Shown in pieces: positions 9,633-18,755 of a stretch of 64,000 bases of DNA (position 1 is its first letter; every line of letters begins with the position of its first letter). The notes beneath the pieces were generated by a model. It was not told the DNA's origin. It searched no databases and was given only the letters and a program-made list of their open reading frames with translations. A program made the position numbers and the translations under genes. Source of the stretch: Candidatus Zixiibacteriota bacterium (GTDB lineage Bacteria; Zixibacteria; MSB-5A5; GN15; JAAZOE01). The DNA lies in assembly GCA_036480375.1 (NCBI GenBank), contig JAZGGI010000003.1, positions 141,892 through 205,891 on the forward strand, given 5' to 3'.

Positions 9633-10097
9633 TTATTTCTCCGTTTGGTTTTCCGTCATACCCGAGTTTGGAATTTTCGACAACCGTCGAGCATGCCGGC
9701 CGCCCTCAAATTCTGTTTCAAGCCAAATTTTAAGTATTTCTCGTAATTCATTTTTTGACACATACTTTGAGGCGAGTGTCAACACGTTGGAATTATTATG
9801 TGACCGCGACAGCATAGCCATATCGGGGCTTAATCCCATTGCTGCGCGTATGCCGTCTATTTTATTGGATGCTATAGTAACGCCATTCCCCGTCCAGCAA
9901 ATAGCTATGCCGCGTTCAACTTCATTTGACGCCACAGCCCGGGCTACTTTAATAGCAAAGTCGGAATAGTCAACTGAATCTATTGAGTCGGTGCCAAAGT
10001 CGATTATTTCATGACCCCACTCTTCAAGTATCCTTTTAACCTTTTCCTTTAATTCAAAGCCCGCATGGTCTGACCCGATTGCTAATTTCATAGTCAC
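9633..10097 (-). CDS. rpiB: ribose-5-phosphate isomerase B
   Basis: KLAIGSDHAGFELKE...GIAICWTGNG motifs of RpiB/LacAB. Confidence 0.93.
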   Translation of the reverse strand: MTMKLAIGSDHAGFELKEKVKRILEEWGHEIIDFGTDSIDSVDYSDFAIKVARAVASNEVERGIAICWTGNGVTIASNKIDGIRAAMGLSPDMAMLSRSHNNSNVLTLASKYVSKNELREILKIWLETEFEGGRHARRLSKIPNSGMTENQTEK

Positions 10098-11044
10098 ACC
10101 TGAGATCTAATTGATTCCGGCTGATTGACATAGGTCAGCCAATTATATTTATCTTCGATCCTGCCCTCGACAATATCGAAATATTTCTTTTGCAAAGCCT
10201 TCGTCAATTTACCGGCGCGCCCGGAACCGATTTCGATATCGTCTATTTTGGAAATCGGAGTGACCTCAACGGCGGAACCGGTAAAGAAAACCTCATCGGC
10301 TATATAAAGCATTTCGCGGGGAATCGAAGTTTCGACAACTTTGATACCCATATCTTTTGCCAGCGTAATGACTGTGTCTCGAGTTATACCGGGCAATATC
10401 GAATTGCATAATGACGGCGTATATAAAATATCTCGCCAGTAAAGAAATATATTCTGAGCCGAGCCTTCGGAAACCATGCCGTTTACGTCCAAAGCTACGC
10501 CCTCGGCGTATCCTCGCATCATGGCTTCCTGCTTGATGAGCTGAGAATTGGCATAATTAGCTCCCGATTTTGCCATCATGGGAAAGGTGTTCCCGGCCGG
10601 GCGAGTCCAGGATGAGACGCAAACGGAAACGCCTTTTTCGAGAGCCTCTTCCCCGAGATATTTGCCCCAGGGCCAGACGGCGATGGCGACATCAACCGGG
10701 CATGAACCGGGATCAACACCCAGGTTTTCATATCCGCGATAAACCAACGGCCGGACGTAACAAGATTTGAGATTATTGACGTTAATGAGGTCAATTCGTG
10801 CCTTATTAATTTCGTCTTTGGTATAGGGGATTTCCATTCGATAGATTTTGGCGGAATTAAATAACCGATCGGTATGATCATACATACGGAAACAGGCCGG
10901 TCCTTTAGAAGTCTCATAGACCCGCTCTCCCTCAAAAATCGACGAACCATAATGGACAACATGGGACAAAATATGAATTTTGGCATCATCCCAATCGACC
11001 AATTTTCCGTTCATCCAGATTTTATCTACTTTATTGAAAGGCAT
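10094..11044 (-). CDS. ilvE: branched-chain amino acid aminotransferase
   Basis: IWMNGKLVDWDDAKIHILSHVVHYGSSIFEGERVY... class IV aminotransferase, about 316 aa. Confidence 0.93.
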   Translation of the reverse strand: MPFNKVDKIWMNGKLVDWDDAKIHILSHVVHYGSSIFEGERVYETSKGPACFRMYDHTDRLFNSAKIYRMEIPYTKDEINKARIDLINVNNLKSCYVRPLVYRGYENLGVDPGSCPVDVAIAVWPWGKYLGEEALEKGVSVCVSSWTRPAGNTFPMMAKSGANYANSQLIKQEAMMRGYAEGVALDVNGMVSEGSAQNIFLYWRDILYTPSLCNSILPGITRDTVITLAKDMGIKVVETSIPREMLYIADEVFFTGSAVEVTPISKIDDIEIGSGRAGKLTKALQKKYFDIVEGRIEDKYNWLTYVNQPESIRSQV

Positions 11045-11148
11045 ATACTATCTCCCGGATTATAATGTTCCACTAAGTCATTGCGTAAGCGATTATAACA
11101 AATACAGCTATCGTTTTCAAGAACAAAAGGAAATTGAATTGGAAGGAT

Positions 11149-11175
11149 AAAAAAAGGCGGACCAATCATCCGCCT
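11149..11175 (-). terminator. rho-independent terminator downstream of the M6 protease gene
   Basis: The minus strand reads AGGCGGA-tgattgg-TCCGCCT followed by TTTTTTT. Confidence 0.7.
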
Positions 11176-11183
11176 TAATTAGA

Positions 11184-13763
11184 CTAATTGCACCCTGGTA
11201 ACGGATCCGGGCCGCCCTTAAAGATATAACTTATCAAATAAACGGCATCGCCGACATTGGTGCCACAATCTCCATTGGCATCACCGGCCTCAATCGGTAT
11301 GGGTGTCGGACCGCTCTTAAATGCGTAATTAATTATATAAACGGCATCACCGACATTAGCATCGCCGTCTCCATTGGCATCCCCCGGAACATAATTATTA
11401 ATCTCGCCCAGGAATTCCAGAACTTTTAAAAACACATCAGAGCGTTTGGCGAAACGAGTTTCATCCTCGCCGATGGCTTCAAAGCCGAAACCAAAAAATA
11501 CCAATTTATAATCGCCGGAATATGAAACAGCCGCCGCTTGCTCAGTGATAACATAATTGGCCTCGACTACGCCGTCGTTGACTGCATTAAGATGATCCGG
11601 GTTAGATTGATTACTGGCGCCCATATATCCCTGAATATTCAGCGTGTCCAGTTCGTTGAGAACCTGACCCTCAATATTCGGTATCACCGGTGGAATCATC
11701 GAGGTTGAAACGTATTCTGCCCGCAGATAATTATTCAAGAAGTCATTATCGAGAGTAGCGAGCTGGGCGGCAATCCCCTGTCCCGTCAAAAATAGGCTGC
11801 CGCCGTTTTCCATAAAATATTTTAAGGCGGAAATATCGCTTAATGATAAGGGACTGGTCTGATACTCCCCGGTAAGCCATATCACGGTATTATGTTTGGT
11901 CAAATCCGTTCCAGTTATGGGAGTAGTCGATTTATCAAGATTAATATGCGGCAGCAATTCGGCCGTTAAGTGCTCGATATAATACTCATCATAATCATCG
12001 TCGTTATCATCATCGATAATCAGCACTCCGTTGGAACCGACATTCTTCTGCATTGGCGTAATTTGATTATATTCGCCGCTATTTCCGGTAAACTCAAAAA
12101 AGAAAGTATCAATTCGAGGCTGATAGTTTTCCGGTATCGTAAACGAAATGGGAAATCCGACATTCCCTGCCGTCGCGCCATGAGGGATATCACCCAGAGT
12201 CGCGAAGGGGGTGTTGATTATTACCGCCGGATCATTGACCGAAACCGTTAAATCAACTCCTTCGGCATCAGCCCAGATATTTTCAACCTCAACAAAAAGC
12301 AATATTGTTTCGCCCGGCTCCATTACGCCGTCTCCGTCTCCATAGCCACCGTCAGTGAAATTAGCCTGGAGAAACAAGAGATTGGGCCGATTCCACATGA
12401 TATCAAAATTGGCTGCCATAATTGAGTCGGACGAAGAAATATTCCATACCCCGACCTGGGTATCCTGATCGTCATAATCGTTAGAATTGGGGATCGTTTC
12501 TACGCCAAATTCAGTTACTCCCGCCGGACTGGGATAAGGATCATACCTATCTCCCGAATTATTATTATTCTCAAGATCAAAATTTCCGTCAGCCTGCTCC
12601 AACGCCACCAATTTATGCCATTCATTATCATTGCCGGTTGTGACCGTTTCATCAATGTGCCAGATTAAGATACCACTTCCGGGCAGAGCCGCATCAAATC
12701 CCTGTTTTTGCCGATTCTCGACAAGAAAATATTCGGAGCCAATCATGCCACCACCCCAGAGTCTATATGATACCGGATTCCAGGCAGCTATCGGTATATC
12801 AACGTCGGTCATGTTATCATTGACGATAACGGGATTTACCCATCCTAGTTGAGCCTTGCACCAGACGCTAAAATGCGAAGGTGTTCGGGAATTGCCATTA
12901 TAGCTTCCGCCGGCCATGACGCACCAACGACCAACACCAGGTGATGAATAGTCATAGTCATATAAATCGGGCAGTCCGAAAACATGACCCAATTCGTGAC
13001 AATAGACGCCAATAGGAATTAGCCCACCGCTAATGGGACTTTCTTCCGGCTCCATTGAATACCCCCAGATTTGCACACCATCTCTTAATGTCTGATTGAT
13101 AACCCAGGCATGAGAGTGTATTTCACAGTGGTTTCCGGTATTCTCATAACCGGTTCCGGAATGAACGATAAACAGGGCGTCAACCCAGCCGTCGCCGTCA
13201 TTGTCATATTGCGAAAAATCAACATCGGGATCGGCCAGTTCAATGGCGTCCTCAACCAGTCTTTGGGCATTATTGGGATAGTCGCCAAATCCATGCGAAC
13301 CGTCACAAAAATTCACATAATAATCCGAAAACTCGGGCGCCCGGTACCACCCGGCAATATCGCCTTCCATATATACTTCGCCGTAAGAATTTTCAATATA
13401 GTATTCCCGCATGGAACCGGTGGGTATAACTCCCTCCGAAAATAACAAGTCATGAAAATCCTGGGGTGTACCCGCCGTATAACCGGCGGTATACGGCTTA
13501 TCATCAAAGTCAATCAGGATTACTAACGCTTTGACTGTTGATAGTGAAGCCAAAGGAGTACGTAACTTGCCGTCATTGCCGACAGTCGGTGCGTCAACAC
13601 CCTTGGCGTGGGCGGAAGCCATGGTATTCAAAAATTGTTCGTATTTGCCTTCATCTTTAAGTTTTTGAATAACTTCCGGTGAAGGCGGTACGGCTGATAT
13701 TTGGGCGGAGAATAGTATTAGTGTTGCCACAGTGAGGGGGGCAACAAGCAATTTCTTAAACAT
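11184..13763 (-). CDS. secreted M6-family (immune inhibitor A-like) metalloprotease with C-terminal dockerin-like repeats
   Basis: Signal peptide. HELGHVFGLPDLYD zinc motif in an M6-type context (VKALVILIDFDD..., GYSMEPE). C-terminal repeats GDANGDGDANVGDAVYIINYAF and GDANGDCGTNVGDAVYLISYIF. Confidence 0.88.
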   Translation of the reverse strand: MFKKLLVAPLTVATLILFSAQISAVPPSPEVIQKLKDEGKYEQFLNTMASAHAKGVDAPTVGNDGKLRTPLASLSTVKALVILIDFDDKPYTAGYTAGTPQDFHDLLFSEGVIPTGSMREYYIENSYGEVYMEGDIAGWYRAPEFSDYYVNFCDGSHGFGDYPNNAQRLVEDAIELADPDVDFSQYDNDGDGWVDALFIVHSGTGYENTGNHCEIHSHAWVINQTLRDGVQIWGYSMEPEESPISGGLIPIGVYCHELGHVFGLPDLYDYDYSSPGVGRWCVMAGGSYNGNSRTPSHFSVWCKAQLGWVNPVIVNDNMTDVDIPIAAWNPVSYRLWGGGMIGSEYFLVENRQKQGFDAALPGSGILIWHIDETVTTGNDNEWHKLVALEQADGNFDLENNNNSGDRYDPYPSPAGVTEFGVETIPNSNDYDDQDTQVGVWNISSSDSIMAANFDIMWNRPNLLFLQANFTDGGYGDGDGVMEPGETILLFVEVENIWADAEGVDLTVSVNDPAVIINTPFATLGDIPHGATAGNVGFPISFTIPENYQPRIDTFFFEFTGNSGEYNQITPMQKNVGSNGVLIIDDDNDDDYDEYYIEHLTAELLPHINLDKSTTPITGTDLTKHNTVIWLTGEYQTSPLSLSDISALKYFMENGGSLFLTGQGIAAQLATLDNDFLNNYLRAEYVSTSMIPPVIPNIEGQVLNELDTLNIQGYMGASNQSNPDHLNAVNDGVVEANYVITEQAAAVSYSGDYKLVFFGFGFEAIGEDETRFAKRSDVFLKVLEFLGEINNYVPGDANGDGDANVGDAVYIINYAFKSGPTPIPIEAGDANGDCGTNVGDAVYLISYIFKGGPDPLPGCN

Positions 13764-13909
13764 ATTGACTCCCGAAGATTGCGCGTGCTTGATTCATTGT
13801 TATATGACACCTTAATATAATTTTGGTTTCGATTGTGTCAACACGAAATTGCCGGGATTGTTTCCGAAAGTAAAAATAAAATTTAGAATATTTTTGGGCG
13901 GCATTTTTC

Positions 13910-14629
13910 TCAGCCAACCGTCTGTAGATTTTCGATGCCTATAAAATGTCTTATCATCGCGAAAACATTTATAGGCGCGTTCTCAAGTGATACCTTAAAC
14001 TGCCCCGTGGCATGACTGGATGAATCATCTGAAATCGTGCAAATCACCAAAAAAGGAACAGTGTTTAACTGACACACATGAGCTACCGCTGCCCCTTCCA
14101 TTTCCGTCCCCACGGCGCCGAATTCTCTTTGAAGCGAGGCAATCATTTTCTTTTCGGATACGAATTTATCTCCGGAAATTATAGTCCCAACAACCAACTG
14201 TGGTCGGTTAGGCTGTTCTCCATATACGGCATCATAGGCATCATTCATTCGTTTTAGCATACCCGGATCGGTCTCAATCATACGCCCCACCGAAGGAAGC
14301 TCACCCGGCCGTCGACCAAAGGCGGTCAGATCAACGTCATGCTGGACCAGATAATTGGCCGCCACGATATCGCCCTGTTGCAAATACGGTACTAGTGAAC
14401 CGGCCAGGCCGGTTAATAAGACGCTGTCTACGTCAAACCTATCTATGAGAATCTGAGTTGAGATGGCGGCATTCACTTTCCCGACACCACATTGAACAAT
14501 GACTACCGGCTCCTCGTCAATCGTGCCGCGATAGAAATCCATACCGGCAAATCTATACTCTTTTTCAATCTCGGCGTAACTCCGGAAAAGATCAATCTCT
14601 TCCTCAAGAGCTCCCATTAATCCTATCAT
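13910..14629 (-). CDS. mtnN: 5'-methylthioadenosine/S-adenosylhomocysteine nucleosidase
   Basis: IGLMGALEEEI...CGVGKVNAA...GLAGSL...TEMEGAAVAHVC motifs. Confidence 0.9.
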   Translation of the reverse strand: MIGLMGALEEEIDLFRSYAEIEKEYRFAGMDFYRGTIDEEPVVIVQCGVGKVNAAISTQILIDRFDVDSVLLTGLAGSLVPYLQQGDIVAANYLVQHDVDLTAFGRRPGELPSVGRMIETDPGMLKRMNDAYDAVYGEQPNRPQLVVGTIISGDKFVSEKKMIASLQREFGAVGTEMEGAAVAHVCQLNTVPFLVICTISDDSSSHATGQFKVSLENAPINVFAMIRHFIGIENLQTVG

Positions 14630-14741
14630 AACAACAGCCTTTCAGCTCTATAACTCAAGACGGATCATAATGTCTTTTTGACCAGTTGTATCATTAATTT
14701 TATCGGATTAAATCGGGAAAAAGTATATAGCCAAGATAAGA

Positions 14742-15488
14742 CTATTTTGTCAGGACAACGATCATATTGTCGGCATCATTCGAAAATGGATCGGTTAATG
14801 ATAAGTCGGAGAAAAATTCAATCGATGAAAAACCGCCAATTTTCGCCGCGACCGCAATTACTTCGGTATTTATCGGGAGGATCGGTTGCGAAATAAATTT
14901 ATGCTTGACCTGTCCCATATCATATTCGATTACAAGGACATTAAGGCGAGTCACTTCTTTTTCAAAATCAAAAAACCGAACAAAGGTAAGATTTTCATCA
15001 GACGATACTTTGATAATCCGTTTGTTTTCCTTGCGGTATTTGATAAAATTAACCAATTGTAATATGGCCGTGCCACCGGGACATAAAACCCGGTTAAAAG
15101 ATTTCATCGCCAGAGATAATCGCTCGCCGGTTTCAACACCGACCAAGGAATTTGCCAGGCAGAATACTGAGTCGAATTTATCAGTCCATTCATTCGGCAT
15201 TGATTCAAAAAACTCTTTTTCAAATTGGATTTCGACGCCTTCTTTCAGAGCGTTGGCTCGGGCCATTTCGAGCATCTGTTCCGATGAATCCAATCCGATT
15301 GTATCGACACCGATTTTGGATAGGATAATGCTATGCACGCCGGTGCCGCAACCGGCATCGAGCGCATTCTTAAAATTAAATTTCTTAACGAGATGTTTGA
15401 TAGTTCCGAAATCACCGATCAATCGATCGGCGTACCCGGTCATTTTATCATAGAACGGTGCGATATCCGTAAAATCAGTCATTTTCAC
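14742..15488 (-). CDS. class I SAM-dependent methyltransferase
   Basis: ALDAGCGTGVHSIILSK (motif I) and the fold pattern. ATGA overlap with the upstream gene. Confidence 0.85.
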   Translation of the reverse strand: MKMTDFTDIAPFYDKMTGYADRLIGDFGTIKHLVKKFNFKNALDAGCGTGVHSIILSKIGVDTIGLDSSEQMLEMARANALKEGVEIQFEKEFFESMPNEWTDKFDSVFCLANSLVGVETGERLSLAMKSFNRVLCPGGTAILQLVNFIKYRKENKRIIKVSSDENLTFVRFFDFEKEVTRLNVLVIEYDMGQVKHKFISQPILPINTEVIAVAAKIGGFSSIEFFSDLSLTDPFSNDADNMIVVLTK

Positions 15489-16606
15489 CTGCCGGGATGA
15501 TTATACTCTCCCCCTTCCATCCTTTCGGTATGATACATATATTCTTCAGTGGAAATTGAGTTTTGCCATGGCCCAAACAATTTAAAACCGGCCAAAATGC
15601 TCCAAAATATTACAATGAGGGAAAAAGCCCATACCCGTTTCGAAATCCCTTTCTTCGATCCGGCCATACCGAGGCTTAACGATCTTATGGCCGGACAGAC
15701 ATCAACACAGTCAAGGCAACCTGAGCATTCATCCGAAATAACCTGCCTGACTGTATCCACTTTTATAAATGACGGGCAGGCCTGCGCGCATTTCCCGCAG
15801 GAAATACAGACATTTTCATCGCGCCTGATTTTGGCCGAGCCGACCAATGAGAACAGGCCAACCAAGGCTCCGTACGGGCAAAGATACCGGCACCAAAATC
15901 CCCTCAGAAATATCGAAAGACCGAATAGAATTATTATTGTCCAGAGACCAAAAGTGTCAATGTCGATGAAAAACTTCATCATTTTAATATCGGCGACTTT
16001 ATTATAAGGCGATTCCACAAATTGCCTGATATCCAAAGCCGACATTTGGAAAAAGACCGCATAAACAAAAAACGCCAGAAGCAGATATTTCAGCGAGCGC
16101 AAAGGATAATCAAGAAAAGGGTGAAACTTCAACCGGACAGGGGTTTCTTTTTTATCATCCTTATTTCCTTTCAAAAACTTGAAAGGCGAATATTTTCTAT
16201 TAACGAGGTAATCGCCAATATTGCCGATCATTTCCGATATAAACCCCACCGGACAAACCCAACTGCAAAAGCTTTTCTTGAATACAAATGAAATCAGGAT
16301 TATGGTGAGAAGTATAACCAACGAGGCCGGATGGATATTGTTCAATACTCCGGTGATAAACCAATCCCGGAGAGATATCAGACCCGAAATCGGCAGATAA
16401 CCTTCCACTCCCGGCGGGCGAGTCGGGGCCATCGCCGTAATTCTTCCGGCTTCCAAATACCGGACGAACAAATAAAACTCCAGGCCGATCCAGATACTTA
16501 CCCCCAGAGAAAATATCTGCGCCCAGAACCTAAATTTACGGGTCGAAAAATCCTTGCGTTTATTGCCGCTTTTTATTGTTGTCGTTTCTTGTTGTACAGC
16601 TTCCAT
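15485..16606 (-). CDS. membrane-bound 4Fe-4S binding protein (NapH/MauN-like)
   Basis: Several TM segments with CSWVCPVG and FWCRYLCPYG motifs, plus two ferredoxin motifs: CISCGKCAQACP and CSGCLDCVDVCP. Confidence 0.8.
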   Translation of the reverse strand: MEAVQQETTTIKSGNKRKDFSTRKFRFWAQIFSLGVSIWIGLEFYLFVRYLEAGRITAMAPTRPPGVEGYLPISGLISLRDWFITGVLNNIHPASLVILLTIILISFVFKKSFCSWVCPVGFISEMIGNIGDYLVNRKYSPFKFLKGNKDDKKETPVRLKFHPFLDYPLRSLKYLLLAFFVYAVFFQMSALDIRQFVESPYNKVADIKMMKFFIDIDTFGLWTIIILFGLSIFLRGFWCRYLCPYGALVGLFSLVGSAKIRRDENVCISCGKCAQACPSFIKVDTVRQVISDECSGCLDCVDVCPAIRSLSLGMAGSKKGISKRVWAFSLIVIFWSILAGFKLFGPWQNSISTEEYMYHTERMEGGEYNHPGR

Positions 16607-16716
16607 TAAACCACCTCATAATCTTATCCATAAATTAATAATCATACGTTTTTTGGGAATTGATTAAGGTCAAAAAACAAATAAATATTTTTTTAGAGAT
16701 ATAAATTGAACGTTAA

Positions 16717-18291
16717 CTATGATTTTTTAATTTCACCCAGTAGTTTTTTTAGATAATCCAACATCTTGTCTCTCGGAATAGTCACCTGGATATTTTCCGC
16801 CTTGAGCCATTCTTCGCGGTCGGCCACCTCTTCGGCCTGGACTCTGCCCGCCACAAGATTTTTCACCGTCACCTGACTATTTTCAAATTCGTCTGAACCG
16901 AGAATAACGGCTACAGGAATACCGACCCGGTCGGCGTATTTGACCTGCTTGGTGAAATTCCTGGTTTCCCCCAAAAATATCTCAGCCTTTATACCCGCGC
17001 CTCTGATTTCGTTAAGAATTTGGAGATAATCGGGCATTCGTTCTTTATCCATCGCCGTCACCAAAACTTCCGATATCGTCGGCTCGGTTTTAATAACACC
17101 CTTGAGCATCAGCGCTGCCAGAAGCCGGTCAATTCCGGCCGATGCTCCCGTTGCCGGAATCTTGCGCCCGAGAAACCGCTCGACCAAGCCGTCATAACGT
17201 CCCCCCGCAAAGACCGACCCAACCTCGGGAATATCTTCCAGAACCGTTTCAAACACCGGCCCGGTATAATATCCGAGTCCACGAACAATAGTTAAATCAA
17301 CCTCAGCTTTTTCTTCCGGGACACCCAGATTTTTGAGATAGGATGCAATCAGTCTTAACTCTTCAATCCCCTCTTGCGCTTCCCTAATGCCTGCTTCAGG
17401 TTGACGCCCTTCAATTTCTTGCATGGAAATTTCGCCCAATTTCATTTGCGAAATGGCTTCTGTCCAACCAAATTCGCTTTCAACCTCTTTCATATCTTTC
17501 GAAAATTGGGCAAATTTCAATAATCTCTCAGCCATTGTTAATACATCTGTAGATTTTGTTGGTTTAAGAAGTAAAAACCACATTATCATTCGTATTTGAA
17601 ATTCAGGTAGATTTAATCCCTGAATTTTATCGCCTGATTTATCTGTGCGCCCGGAGCCAAGTTCGAGTTTGACCGCTTCCATTCCCTGCTTTTCACGCTT
17701 ATCAAGTACTCGAAATACATCTTGGGCTTTTTCATCTGGAATACCAACATATTTCCAGATACCATTTAATATTTTGCGATTGGAGTATTTGACTTTATAA
17801 TTAGGCAGGCCGAGCTTCTCAAACGATTTGCAAATCGCCGCCATGATCTCGGCATCGGCCAGCATGCTCGACGTCCCCACCGAATCAATATCGAACTGGG
17901 TAAATTCACGGAACCGTCCGGGTCCCGGTTTATCAACGCGCCAGACCGGACCGATTTGATATCTACGAAACGGCAACGGCAAATCCGGATTTCCGGCGAC
18001 ATACCGCGCCAGCGAAGCCGTCATTTCAAACCGCAGAGCCATGTCGGTTTTTTCCGGCCCGACAAAGCTGAAAATCGTCTCCAGATTTTCCTGCCCGTAA
18101 TCAGAACCTTTGAGAACTTCGACCCGTTCCAGAGCCGGAGTTTGCAGCGGGGAAAATCCGAAAGATTCGAACACCTCCCGAAACACCGCCACAAGTTTTT
18201 GTCGCGCAATCTCTTCGGAAGGCGGATAGTCTTTGAAACCCTTGAGGACTTCCGGCTTTATCTTTTTTGGTTTGTTCTTTTTTTTACTCAT
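16717..18291 (-). CDS. hisS: histidine--tRNA ligase, long (524 aa) atypical form
   Basis: Class II motifs FRRYQIGPVWRVDKPGPGRFREFTQFDIDSVG and GGRYDGLVERF...ATGASAGIDRL, plus a C-terminal anticodon-binding domain. An extra ~100-aa segment lies between motifs 2 and 3. Confidence 0.93.
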   Translation of the reverse strand: MSKKKNKPKKIKPEVLKGFKDYPPSEEIARQKLVAVFREVFESFGFSPLQTPALERVEVLKGSDYGQENLETIFSFVGPEKTDMALRFEMTASLARYVAGNPDLPLPFRRYQIGPVWRVDKPGPGRFREFTQFDIDSVGTSSMLADAEIMAAICKSFEKLGLPNYKVKYSNRKILNGIWKYVGIPDEKAQDVFRVLDKREKQGMEAVKLELGSGRTDKSGDKIQGLNLPEFQIRMIMWFLLLKPTKSTDVLTMAERLLKFAQFSKDMKEVESEFGWTEAISQMKLGEISMQEIEGRQPEAGIREAQEGIEELRLIASYLKNLGVPEEKAEVDLTIVRGLGYYTGPVFETVLEDIPEVGSVFAGGRYDGLVERFLGRKIPATGASAGIDRLLAALMLKGVIKTEPTISEVLVTAMDKERMPDYLQILNEIRGAGIKAEIFLGETRNFTKQVKYADRVGIPVAVILGSDEFENSQVTVKNLVAGRVQAEEVADREEWLKAENIQVTIPRDKMLDYLKKLLGEIKKS

Positions 18292-18315
18292 TGTGCGTTG
18301 ATATAAATAAAAAAA

Positions 18316-18389
18316 TACTGGGGGGCGGGATCGAACCGCCGGCCTCCTGATCCACAGTCAGGCGCTCTGACCACCTGAGCTACCCCAGC
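18316..18389 (-). tRNA. tRNA-His (anticodon GTG) with no encoded G-1, G1:U72 and A73
   Basis: The reverse complement GCTGGGGTAGCTCAGGTGGTCAGAGCGCCTGACTGTGGATCAGGAGGCCGGCGGTTCGATCCCGCCCCCCAGTA folds as a cloverleaf with anticodon loop CTGTGGA. The base 5' of G1 is T. It lies 24 nt upstream of hisS on the same strand. Confidence 0.88.
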
Positions 18390-18755
18390 ATCACAAGGCT
18401 TATATATTACTTTTTATCGCCCCTAAGTCAAGCGAATTTAGCGGGAGGGTATCTCCTGATTACTCAAATTATTCTGAAATTCCTGACGTTTGATAATTTC
18501 CCTGCAATTCTCCGTAGTTGATGGCAATTAAGGCAACATATTAGAGGATTAATATAATTGGCCCTTGACAACAATTATGTATTTAACTTATCCTGTCACG
18601 GCAATATTAATTTATCATATTCAGGATTTATTAAAATTATCATTCCGGCAAAGGCGGGAATCCATCCCAGGGGCAGGCTGCTGCCTGGTATGTGCTTTAA
18701 AGAACATTTCTGCTAAAGTGAATGCCTATAGGCAGGCGAATTATTGGGTGATGGG

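Noticed and set aside
14767-15453. 228-aa plus-strand ORF
   Set aside because: It is fully antisense to a well-supported SAM methyltransferase and its Ser/Arg-rich translation has no motif. The same reasoning applies to the antisense ORFs 6120-6689, 6774-7274, 22618-23118, 27390-28010, 8697-9116 and 63054-63674.
16717-18291. The 524-aa hisS as a gene fusion or assembly error
   Set aside because: All class II motifs and the anticodon-binding domain are in one continuous frame, and the extra length is an internal insertion between motifs 2 and 3. Long HisRS forms of this type exist.
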